Assembly (NCBI RefSeq): GCF_006345805.1
Contig: NC_042998.1
Location: 202,802,001-202,866,000 of the forward strand
Direction of reading: 5' to 3'
DNA length: 64,000 nt
DNA from: Octopus sinensis
Lineage: Eukaryota
A program made the translations under genes and the position numbers. Below the pieces are notes generated by a model that saw only the letters and a program-made list of their open reading frames with translations, was not told where the DNA came from and made no database searches. The stretch's first letter is position 1, and each line of letters starts with the position of its first letter. Positions 38,364 through 48,714 of this stretch are shown here, in pieces.

Positions 38364-38691
38364 AATAGAAATATTAAAATTACTAAGTCTCTATAAAAGA
38401 GATTGTGGCAGCGTTTACTGGAAATTAATTGTTATCGCCATATTAATATGGCATTCTTATAGATATAAGAATAATCGCTGCCCTGGTCAGCTCCATGAGG
38501 CCACCGCCATGAAACGCGTCTGTAGCTGTCGGAGTGGCAGTGTGAAGCGGCTGACCTCCCTTGTTCGAAGGTTATAATGGATACAGATCGTGTATCAATA
38601 GCTATCTTGATGGCGGTGGCCTCATGGAGCTGACCATGGCAGTGTTTATTCTTATATCTATAAGAATGTCATATTAATGTGGCGATAACAA

Positions 38692-38697
<6 letters not shown>
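38364..38697. repeat. Palindromic element, about 88-bp arms (38423-38510 / 38610-38697); same family as 56597-57331
   Basis: Arms mirrored; AATAGAAATATTAAAATT.CTAAGTCTCT terminus and GAAGCGGCTGACCTCC..GTTCGAAGGTTATAATGGA are shared with the 57-kb element. Confidence 0.9.
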
Positions 38698-38728
<31 letters not shown>

Positions 38729-38786
38729 TATCTATATATATATATATATATATAATATATATATATATATAATAATAATAAATATA

Positions 38787-39145
38787 GGGAATGAATCCAA
38801 AATTACAGGGAAAAATCAGATTTAGGGTTATATCCAATTTTATAGTAAAATATTATATAATATAATTCGAGACAAAACCACTATTTTAAAACCAAACAAA
38901 GAAAGACTTAATCAATACATAAAATTTTAATATAAATTAAATAAACCGCCACTACAAATGTTTCATGTCTGCTACCGACAATCTTCAGGTGATTTCGATC
39001 TTCTAATCAGTATCAAATTTGAAGTCGGTAGCAGACATGAAACATTGTAGTGGCGGTTTATTTATTTATATTAAAATTTTATGTATTGATTAGGTCTTTC
39101 TTTGTTGGTTTTAAAATAGTGGTTTTGTCTCGAATTATATTATAT

Positions 39146-39146
<1 letters not shown>
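38787..39146. repeat. Palindromic element, about 125-bp arms (38854-38979 / 39024-39146), in (TA)n
   Basis: TAATTCGAGACAAAACCACTATTTTAAAACC...GTTTCATGTCTGCTACCGAC is mirrored. Confidence 0.9.
38949..38992 (-). ncRNA. Type I hammerhead ribozyme, canonical core
   Basis: Minus strand TCAC-CTGAAGA-T-TGTC GGTAGCA GACA-T-GAAA-C ATTT GTA-GTGG; U.U at the base of stem II. Confidence 0.65.
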
Positions 39147-39198
<52 letters not shown>

Positions 39199-39262
39199 CA
39201 TATTTACATAATATATATTATATATATAATATATATATAATATATATATATATATTATATAT

Positions 39263-39318
<56 letters not shown>

Positions 39319-39419
39319 AAGATAAATTGAATATTAATTTTATTAATATCAATTTAAAACCAGTAGCCTAGCATAAATTTAAAAAATCCGAAAAATCAAA
39401 AGAAATTCCAATACATGTT

Positions 39420-39615
39420 TATATTTAGGGATAACCAGTAGGTGGGTAACCAATAAGCTAGAAGGAGACCACATACGATCTAACTACAAAGAAAAGAATG
39501 TTGTCTAGAGAAATTCAGCAAACACCAGAACATAAGCTGGCAAGACAGTAGTTAGATCGTATGTGATCTTCTTCTAGCATATTGGTTATCCACCTAGTGG
39601 TTATCCCTAAATATA
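39420..39615. repeat. Inverted repeat, about 68-bp arms (39420-39487 / 39548-39615)
   Basis: TATATTTAGGGATAACCA.TAGGTGG.TAACCAAT..GCTAGAAG...CATACGATCTAACTAC is mirrored. Confidence 0.85.
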
Positions 39616-40179
39616 CATATGTATATATAAAACTTGGTGGTGCAATTATTGATTACTTTTTAATTAATTAATTTTACTCTTTGTTATTACATTTGTATAT
39701 ATATATATATTTCTCTGTGTGTGTGTGTGTCTATTTGCGAGTTTACGTTTATCAGTCGAAACAGATATGCAGCATCGCATCCCTTGAACTTAATCGATAA
39801 AAATAAATACAATAAGCGATTGATAATAAGGACGATGTTATAATTAGCACTGAGGTAGGTTGAAAGGTGTGCTCCAGCATTACGATACTCCATTGAATGA
39901 AGCGGGTATGAGATTACACCAATGCTATCTCACTAAATCTGGCTTTCTCTATACAACAGATACTTTAACAAGCTATGGTTTGCGTTAGATGCTTCAGCCC
40001 ACCATCTGGTCCTAAGCTTTCATGGCGTAGCCTAAAGATATTTCATCTATCATAATCGGAATTAATTAGCACTGTTGCCATAGGATACTTGTAAATTCTA
40101 TGCTTTTACCATTATTGCGTGACAGACATCGGTTGCACTCTCGCAATCTCTCGGTCTCTCTTTTTATCTGCATCTTTCT

Positions 40180-40432
40180 CTCTATATGTATATACATACA
40201 TGTATATATGTGTGTGTGTACATATATTTGCATACATATAGATAGATACATGCATGCAAACACACAAACATAAACACATGCATACATACATATTTATGTG
40301 TATATATCTGTGTATGTGTGTATATATATATGATATATATATATACATACATATATATATACATACATACACACACACATATATATATATACACATTATA
40401 TATATACACACACACACACCACACACACACAC

Positions 40433-40515
<83 letters not shown>

Positions 40516-40520
40516 ATATG

Positions 40521-40552
<32 letters not shown>

Positions 40553-40634
40553 CACACATATATATGTATATTATATATATATATAGTATATATACAACAC
40601 ATTATATATGTATATATATATATATACACACATA

Positions 40635-40670
<36 letters not shown>
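40180..40670. repeat. Compound (TA)/(CA) microsatellite
   Basis: Direct reading. Confidence 0.9.
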
Positions 40671-40671
<1 letters not shown>

Positions 40672-41079
40672 GGACATGTAAGTAAATATATAACTATATA
40701 TTGGTGACTTCTTGAATTTAAAAACAAGACTGTAAATCATGAAATGTTCAAGAGTCTAATATTTCTTGAACAGAATTGTTGTTAGTTGGAATCTTCGCCG
40801 TAAGCAGCTTCTGAAGCAATACGTTTGTATTGGGAAGTTTGCCTACAGCGAAACGTCAAACTTACAATAATTCTGTTTCTATACGTTAAGGCTTTCATAT
40901 ATCAAGGCACGGAAGACCATGAACCTGCGCCTAAATAGTTCCTCTCAAAGTAGAAAGCGAAGTCAAAGTTCTCATGAAAGAACAGCAGTTTTCATAAGAG
41001 ACCAGAAGTGTCTTTTCCAAACCATCAAGGATGGACAAGGGAGAGGAAAATGGCAAGGGCCGAAAGACTAAAGGAAAAT

Positions 41080-41225
41080 GTCTTCTGCTGTAGCTTTATT
41101 TTATTGACTCTGGAAGCATGAAATGCCAAGTGTGCTTGCGTGGGATTTGAATGCAGAACGAAGAGAAGCGGAAAATCTGCCACAAGGCATTTTGAGCGAC
41201 GCGCAAACGATTCTGCCAACCTCCT
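41080..41225 (-). mobile_element. SINE family B, old copy
   Basis: Minus strand GTTGGCAGAATCGTT..CG..AAAATGCC...TTCGTTCTGCATTCAAATCCCAC...TTTCATGCTTCCAGAGTCAATAAAATAA. Confidence 0.6.
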
Positions 41226-42061
41226 GCATGCGATTGTGTGTGCGTGCGTACGTATGTATGTGGTGTGCGCGTGTGCGTACGCATGAGTACGCGTGCGTGC
41301 GTGTACGTACGTTTGTCTTTATATATCCACGAACACAAATATGAACAAGTGAATATGGACGTGCACGCACTTACGTACATGCAACAATGTTGCACTTACA
41401 TGTACTTATTCCTTTCGTACACCGTTTGCATTTAACGCATACACGTATTCTCATACAAACATATACGCACACGCATGCAAATTTATAAGTTTACATGCAA
41501 ACACACGAATGCATTCAAGCTGCATTTAACTATACTAACAAATGCACATTTATCCATTTCCATTAAAAAATCGCCTTTGGAAACAGCGTATTTATGAAAA
41601 ACATAAAAACGCATGTCAAGAATACAAATAAAAAACATAAAAAAGAAAGCGTAGTCATGTTTCATAGGAGAAGGAAATGGAGGTTGAGGTTGTAAGAAGA
41701 AGGATAAAACGAAAGAGAGAAGAATGAACAGGAAGTAGAATTGAGCAGGTAAAAGAGAACGGCGAAAGAGAAGGAGTATATACAAGTATCATGGATGCTG
41801 GGCTTGAGCTGAGATGTAGTCGGAAAGAGGAGTGCAGAGATAACGGTTCGTACGGTAAAGCAGCACTGTTGTAGCTTGTCCACGTTATATTACATTAAAG
41901 GACAACAATATTAACCGCTTAGCAGAACTTAAATGCCGGCTTATTAGCCCTGATAGAAGCAAGTTAGGTAAATTCAGTAAAAACATTAGAGTCGATCAAT
42001 ACTAATGTTATGCAAGCAGCCAGGCTGCAGCTCTCGAATGATAACACATTTCTCAGCTAAT

Positions 42062-42353
42062 AGTCTTTTTACTCTTTTACTTGTTTCAGTCATTTGAATG
42101 CGGTCATGCCGGAGCACCAACTTTAGTCGAGCAAAGCGACCCCCCAGGATTTATTCTTTGTAAGCCTAGTACTTATTCTATCGGTCTCTTTTACCGAACT
42201 GCTAAGTTGTGGGGACGTAAACACACCAGCATCGGTTGTCAAGCGATGTTGGGGGACAAACACACACACACACACACAAACATACACACACACACATACA
42301 CACACACGCACGATTTGCTCGACTAAAAGTGGTGCGCCAGCAAGGCCACACAC

Positions 42354-42385
<32 letters not shown>

Positions 42386-42592
42386 ATGGTTGTGTGTCTG
42401 TGTTTGTCTCCCAACATCGCTTGACAACCGATGCTGGTGTGCTTATGTCCCCGTCTACCAAATCCACTCACAAGGCTTTGGTCGGCCCGAGGCTATAGTA
42501 GAAGACACTTGCCCAAGGTGCCAGCAGCAGGACTGAACCCGGAACCATGTGGTTGGTAAGCAAGCTACTTACCACACAGCCACTCCTCCGCC
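42062..42592 (-). mobile_element. SINE family A with internal inverted duplications
   Basis: The 3' half is followed by reverse-complement copies of two of its own segments (42311-42346, 42400-42452) before the 5' half resumes at CCGTCTACC. Confidence 0.85.
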
Positions 42593-42594
42593 TA

Positions 42595-42840
42595 TAAAAT
42601 AAATGATAAAATAAAAATAATGATTATTTCCTCCATTGGCACAGAACCTGAAATTTTGTGGAATGGTTGCAGTCGATAACGGTGACCCTAGTGGCCAACT
42701 GTTACTTATTTTATCGATCCTAAGAGGACGAACGGTAAAGTCGACCTCGGTAAGATTTGAGCTTACCACGTAAAGGACTGGAAGAAATGCCGCTGAGCAT
42801 GTTGTCCGACGCGCTTACCTTTCTGCCTCCACGCCGTCCT
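42595..42840 (-). mobile_element. SINE family B
   Basis: TTACTTATTTTATCGATCC..AGGACGAA.GGTAAAGTCGACCTCGG..GATTTGA. Confidence 0.75.
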
Positions 42841-42844
42841 AAAC

Positions 42845-42862
42845 ATAATGATGATGTTGGTG

Positions 42863-42898
<36 letters not shown>

Positions 42899-42972
42899 GT
42901 TAGTAGTAGTAGTAGTAATAGTAGTAGTAGTAGTAGTAGTAGTAGTAGCAGCAGCAGCAGCAGCAACAGTAC

Positions 42973-43004
<32 letters not shown>

Positions 43005-43021
43005 ATGATAATATTAATAAT

Positions 43022-43095
<74 letters not shown>
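42845..43095. repeat. Compound trinucleotide array (GGT, AGT, AGC, AAC, AAT)
   Basis: Direct reading. Confidence 0.95.
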
Positions 43096-43103
43096 CAATA
43101 ATT

Positions 43104-43670
43104 CCCTGATGCAGCACCAGGCAGTGGCTCTCATGGCTCCTGATCTTAACTGATTGGAAGTGTTATCATGTACCTTGTTTTGTCTTGGTATAAAAGATGG
43201 GCTACAGCAAATATTCTGCTCAGTGCCACAGATTTGCTTGTCAGTTGTTTGACCTTAACCAGTTGACCATGTCCCTTAGTGGCTGACGATATGTGCATCT
43301 CTGATCACGAGCAGAAGTAGTGGGGGAGCATCATAGCCATGTGTTGAGAGGGATTCTTTGGAGTTTGAGGGACTCACCTTTGGAAACATGGGTGTTTCGT
43401 TCAACATCCTTAAACAAACCTTATTCAGGGACCTTTTAAGCGGAATTGGCTACTCGACCTGAAGAAAATTCTAACTGAGCCCCACCTACAAGGTCATGCG
43501 CTGTCTATCTTGATATGAGATCACAATGTCACACACATATGGTTGTGATGCATGTGTCTGGTGTACCCTTATCATACGAGTAGTCATGATGGGTATACTG
43601 GGTTTCGTATGTTTTACCCCAGAGTACTTTGATGACATGCACTGCTGTCTCACTCAATAATAATAATAAT
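43104..43670 (+). mobile_element. About 550-bp non-coding interspersed element inserted in (AAT)n with an (AAT)n tail
   Basis: Sharp GC-richer block bounded by AAT repeats on both sides; I recognise it as a common octopus repeat, but there is only one copy in this window. Confidence 0.55.
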
Positions 43671-43756
43671 AGTTCTATATTAAGAGATGAGGAATTATGT
43701 ACATTATTTACATAATTTACAATTGACAGATATTTGTTTCATCTTGTTTGTTGTTA

Positions 43757-43800
43757 ACACAACGTTTCGGCTGATATATCTTCCAGACTTCATCAGGTGT
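43757..43800 (-). ncRNA. Minimal type I hammerhead ribozyme, canonical core
   Basis: Minus strand ACAC-CTGATGA-A-GTCTG GAAGATATAT CAGCC-GAAA-C GTT-GTGT: perfect 4-bp stem I, 4/5-bp stem II, palindromic AACGTT stem III. Confidence 0.8.
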
Positions 43801-43807
43801 CTTGATC

Positions 43808-43884
43808 ATTATTATTCAGGCCACTGCCTGGAATCGAACTCAGAATCATGGGGTTAGTAGCCCGCGCTCTTAACCACTACACCA
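43808..43884 (-). mobile_element. Short tRNA-derived SINE or tRNA-like pseudogene with (AAT)n tail
   Basis: Minus strand TGGTGTAGTGGTTAAGAGC (A box), GGG CTACTAA CCC anticodon-like arm, GAGTTCGATTCC (B box); no acceptor stem. Confidence 0.7.
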
Positions 43885-43899
43885 TATACTCACGGGCAT

Positions 43900-44062
43900 A
43901 AGAAGAAGTAGAAGGAGGAGGAGGGGGAGGAGGGGGAGGGGACGGAGGAGAAGAAGAAGAAGAAGAAGAAGAAGAAGAAGAAGAAGAAGAAGAAGAAGAA
44001 AAAGAAAAAGTAGAAGAAGAAGAAGAAAAAGAAGAAGAAGAAGAAGAAGAAGAAGAAGAATG
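43900..44062. repeat. (GAG)/(GAA)n purine-rich microsatellite
   Basis: Direct reading. Confidence 0.95.
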
Positions 44063-44099
44063 ATGGTCTCTCGCCGAAAACAACGTATGAGTGTTCAGT

Positions 44100-44348
44100 T
44101 CTTTTGCCGAACGGCCGCCTGCTCAATTGATTTGTTTTTAGTGATAAAATGTTCGTAGTGCTCACTCTCTCCATCAAATTGACTTTATCGGAACAGGTGC
44201 ACAGTGTACCACGCGTCAGGTGTCAAAGTGTTTGCAGAGCAACGTGAGATGATGTGTTTTGCTCAAGAACACAACCCACCACCCTGTCTAAGAATTCGTG
44301 ATCTAGCAATCGCGAGTGGAACGACCTAACCACTGAACCATGCGCCCT
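44100..44348 (-). mobile_element. Old tRNA-derived SINE (family C-like head)
   Basis: Minus strand GAGGGCGCATGGTTCAGTGGTTAGG...GTTGTGTTCTTGAGCAAAACAC. Confidence 0.65.
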
Positions 44349-44468
44349 CACTATTCTAATCCTAAAATGATTCCTGATCGAAATGTGAAGGGAAGGTCAA
44401 TGCATTATCCGTTAAAAATTGTATAGGACATCACGCCCAGGTTATTGTTTAGTCAAAATATAGACATT

Positions 44469-44689
44469 GGCGTGGGTCTGCGGTAAGAAGTCTGCTTTCT
44501 AGCCACATGGTTCCAGGTTTAGTCCCACTGTGTGGCATATTGGGCAAGTGTCTTATACTATGGCCTCGGGGGACCAAGTCCTTGTGAGTGGATTTTGTAG
44601 GCGGAAGCTGGAAGGAGTCTAATGTATATGTGTGTGTACGCGCGTTTACAGGGCACAGGTGTGTGTGTGATCGCGAGTGAGAGAGAGAG

Positions 44690-44731
<42 letters not shown>

Positions 44732-44921
44732 TTACTGATAGTGTTTGTTCCTCATCATCGCTTGACAACTAGTGTTTGTTTATGCTCCACAATTTAGTGA
44801 TTTGGCAAAAATAAACCGATAGAATAAGTACCAGGGTAAAGAAAACCAGGGATCTATTTGATCAAGGTGATGTCCTTGCATCACCAAAGTCCTATGATTA
44901 AAGCAAGTAATAAGTAAAAAA
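44469..44921 (+). mobile_element. SINE family A, old full-length copy in + orientation
   Basis: GGCGTGGGTCTGCGGTAAG...GGGCAAGTGTCTT...microsatellite...CATCGCTTGACAAC...CGATAGAATAAGTAC...GTAAAAAAGAG. Confidence 0.8.
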
Positions 44922-45504
44922 GAGAAAATGAATGAAAAGCAGCGCCCGTGATTAATTTTGTTTCGTTTTTTATTTTTTTCAAGGCTTCTGTGATTCGTGG
45001 AGGAATTTGTCGTCAGACCAGAAACCTGACCCGAATTCCTGGGGAAAGGAGAAAGTGTTGGCGTTAAAAGATCTAGACACACAAAAGTGAGGTGACAGTG
45101 TTAACCTATCACAGAAACACAGAAAACAAGGAACTGGAAGAAATAGCTCAAGGTGTTTCTAACGTCTGATACCTTCAAATATTCTGTAATTCATTTTACT
45201 AATCCTGAAAGGCAACATCGACTTCTGCAAGATTTGAACGCAGAAAGGCTGGCTGGAATATTTTCCTCTATACTCTAACGAGCTGCATCAGCTGCACCAG
45301 ACAAAACTAAGGCAGATATATCCTGACTGCACACGGTAATGTACAGAAGAAATGTATGTCTAGAGTAAATAGTAGAACAAAACTATTAAATATTTTTTAA
45401 ATAATTAAGATAGACAAAATTATTTGCAGACGAGACAACATATTGTCTAAACACGATGTAACCATGTACGGATGACGTAAAGAAAATTGATGATCATATA
45501 CGCT

Positions 45505-45712
45505 TTTACTCTTTTACTTGTTTCAATCATTTGACTGCGGCCATGCTGGACACCACCTTTAGTCGAGCAAATCGACCCCAGGATTTATTCTTTGTAAGCC
45601 TAGCACTTATTCTATCGGTGTCTTTTGCCGAACTGCTAGGTTACGGGGAAGTAAACACACCCAGCATCGGTTGTCAAGCGATGTGGCGGTGGCGAACAGA
45701 CACAAACATATA
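45505..45712 (-). mobile_element. SINE family A, 3' half (partner of 46934-47100)
   Basis: Homologous to 581-780. Confidence 0.85.
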
Positions 45713-45741
45713 CATACACACATCTTTCTCTCTCTCTCTCA

Positions 45742-45830
<89 letters not shown>

Positions 45831-45832
<2 letters not shown>

Positions 45833-45930
45833 TATGCATCAAATGAAATAAAAAACAGAACACAAAGGATGTCAAGTACCGCGACATCCTTTGTGTTTTT
45901 ATTTCTGTTTTATTTCATTTGATACATATA
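45831..45930. repeat. Small hairpin, about 43-48-bp arms, 9-nt loop
   Basis: TATATGCATCAAATGAAATAAAA..CAGAA.CACAAAGGATGTC / GACATCCTTTGTG...TTTTATTTCATTTGATACATATA. Confidence 0.85.
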
Positions 45931-46346
45931 TCCTCTCACCTCTGCTACTAGCTGGCATATAAAGGTGCTTACATTTATCAAGTATTCACACTGAATTTAT
46001 TGTACCTACCTATGTATATATATATATATATATATAATATATATAATAAAAATGGTAAATAATTTTTCAGTGGTTTTTCATATAACCAACAATTATTTAC
46101 CGGTAAATTTCGGTATGTAAATATGACAAATTCATCGTCAGGAACTTCTGGAAAGTTCAGTATATAGTAAAAATAATTAAAGGGCGGGCAGCAGGCTGCC
46201 TCGCCGCATACCGAAGGAATTAGAAATGGCAGTCAAAGACTGTTTTTTCCATTTTCTATAAGTGGATTTTCCAAATACGACGAACCCTGCGATTCACATA
46301 CGCAAAAACGGAGTAGAAAATAAACGAAACCAATCTCTTACCGTTA

Positions 46347-46407
46347 ATGATGAACATGTTTCTGGATCACAAGCTCGAAAATAGCTTGATTTCCTTATCA
46401 ACACCAT
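46347..46407 (-). ncRNA. Type I hammerhead ribozyme, U3-A8 core variant (left arm)
   Basis: Reverse complement of the motif at 46633-46693, identical over the ribozyme. Confidence 0.8.
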
Positions 46408-46632
46408 ATTCGATAGATTTAGCAAATGCCACAAGCCCTCACTTCTGACCAAGCGACATCAGATAGTGGGGGGAGGTGTGCATATGTTAAAACTAAGTAA
46501 TGACTGAGAACGTAAATTTTCCCTCCAAAGATTCTGCCGTGCGCGCCGCCTGGCCGATCGCAATGGAATAAGAAGCCCACATGTCGCTTGGTCAGAAGTG
46601 AGGGCTTGTGGCATTTGTTAAATCTATCGAAT

Positions 46633-46693
46633 ATGGTGTTGATAAGGAAATCAAGCTATTTTCGAGCTTGTGATCCAGAAACATGTTCATCAT
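46633..46693 (+). ncRNA. Type I hammerhead ribozyme, U3-A8 core variant (right arm)
   Basis: ATGGTG-TTGATAA-GGA AAT CAAGCT ATTTTCG AGCTTG TGA TCC-A-GAAA-C AT GTT-CATCAT: 6-bp stem I, bipartite stem II, palindromic AACATGTT stem III. Confidence 0.8.
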
Positions 46694-46869
46694 TAACGGT
46701 AAGAGATTGGTTTCGTTTATTTGCTACTCCGTTTTTGCGTATGTGAATCGCAGGGTTCGTCGTATTTGGAAAATCCACTTATAGAAAATGGAAAAAACAG
46801 TCTTTGACTGCCATTTCTAATTCCTTCGGTATGCGGCGAGGCAGCCTGCTGCCCGCCCTTTAATTATTT

Positions 46870-46927
<58 letters not shown>

Positions 46928-46933
46928 TATATG

Positions 46934-47100
46934 CGACGGGCTTCTTTCAGTTTCCGTCTACCAAATCCACTCACAAGGCTTTGGGCGGCCCGAGGCTATA
47001 GTAGAAGACACTTGCCCCCAAGGTACCACGCAGTGGGACTGAACCCGGAACCATGTGGTTGGTAAGCAAGCTACTTACTACACAGCCACTCCTGTGCCTA
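46934..47100 (-). mobile_element. SINE family A, 5' half (partner of 45505-45712)
   Basis: CGACGGGCTTCTTTCAGTTTCCGTCTACC...CACACAGCCACTCCTGTGCC. Confidence 0.85.
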
Positions 47101-47447
47101 TATTTATAATCATTATACTAACAGGAAATGTATATGATTTTGCGGAAAGTGTGTACGATTTTCTAAAATTTTCACATCTACAATTGTATAGCCACCTTTA
47201 CAGGTAGAACATAATAATTAATACATAAGAATTTTATTGAATCTGAACAAGCGTACACGATTTGTTAAGGGTTTCTTAAACGCTTATTTAATGAGGTTAT
47301 TTGTAAGCAGGTTTGGAATTATCATTCAACTGAAAATGTTTCCTTTATGCCACAGAGAAGTTCAGGTGAACAAACTTCATTAATAAGGAATTTATAATAC
47401 AGTATGTACCGCTTAGAAATGTGGATGACAATATATATATATATATA

Positions 47448-47646
47448 AAGTTAATCCAAACAAGAAAACAAAAAGACAACAACGCGAGGACGTGGAACAA
47501 ATAAAGTATTATTGGGCGCTCAGGAAAAAAAGGGAAGAAGGAGGGTATGACGTTTCGAGCGGAGCTCTTCGTCGGAAACATAGGAGAAAGAAAGATCCCG
47601 AGGTGGGAGGACAGAGGGGAAAAAATGGAAGTGGTCTTCACGAGGT

Positions 47647-47650
<4 letters not shown>
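47448..47650 (-). mobile_element. About 200-bp HHR-bearing repeat in (TA)n (same family as 32051-32250)
   Basis: Homology to the 32-kb copy. Confidence 0.8.
47545..47579 (-). ncRNA. Minimal type I hammerhead motif with U4C (CCGACGA)
   Basis: Minus strand GTTT-CCGACGA-A-GAGC TCC GCTC-GAAA-C GTC-ATAC. Confidence 0.65.
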
Positions 47651-47687
<37 letters not shown>

Positions 47688-48464
47688 CTTATATAGATTT
47701 ACTTGTAGGTATATGTATAATTGATATGTCAGCATCTTAAACGAATCAATTGGTGTGTGGTATTATCAAGGTGTTATTGTGATTTAATGCATGTTTGATT
47801 TTATTAATATTTGACTGCCATTTAGAGTATATCTCTCAGGATATCAATCACGCTTTTACGGTTTTCAGGATGTTGCCTCCTTGTTATCAAACTCTGCTTA
47901 GTTTTTCATTCACAAGGAAAGAAGAGAGTGTTTTCTATAAGAATTTGCAATGAGATTCTCTTGATTACCGTATACATTGCCGCATATTTAGTTCTAAAAT
48001 ATATACAACATCATTAGGTTTCTTATTTAATTTTTGTTAAAAACTTGTTAGTAATTCTGAGGAACCGATTACAAATATTATATGAAAAACATGAATAAAG
48101 ATGAATTTTAGCAAGATTTTTTTTTAAAAGCGTTTCTGTCAAATTGCTTCGTTTTGTGCTGCCATTCACAAAGTTTGTTGAAGACAAAAAAAAAATACCA
48201 CCAGAATCGATTAATTCCATTTTATGTGCAAACATTGGCGTGTTTTATTATTTCAATTTATTGATTCTATATCCATTTTGGTGTCAACAACTGGCGCTGT
48301 CATGTAATAATGTTCAGGGAGGTTCACATCTAGTCATACGCATACACACGTGCACACATACGCAAATACACACGCGCACGCACATACACACACACGTATA
48401 TGTATGTATGTATGTATATATAATATGTATGTATGTATGTATGTTTATATATATATATATATTA

Positions 48465-48514
<50 letters not shown>

Positions 48515-48632
48515 ATGTATATATATATATATATGTATGTATGTATATATATATATGTATGTATGTATATGTATGTATGTATGTATAGATATATATATAT
48601 ATGTATGTATGTATATGTATATGTATATATGA

Positions 48633-48681
<49 letters not shown>

Positions 48682-48714
48682 TATATATATATACAATACT
48701 TGTAGGTACATAAA

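Larger units (their letters stand above)
46161..46879. repeat. Palindromic element, about 299-bp near-identical arms (46161-46459 / 46581-46879), in (TA)n
   Basis: About 3 differences between the arms, counted by eye. Confidence 0.95.

Noticed and set aside
40807-40861. CTGAAGC ... GAAACGTCAAAC
   Set aside because: A9 is mutated and there is no credible stem II.
43808-43884. Functional tRNA gene
   Set aside because: There is no acceptor stem, it has an AAT tail, and the ACT anticodon is atypical; treated as a SINE.
46085-46150. Minus-strand CTGACGA...GAAATTTACCGGTAAATA as an HHR
   Set aside because: A palindromic stem III is present, but stems I and II do not pair.
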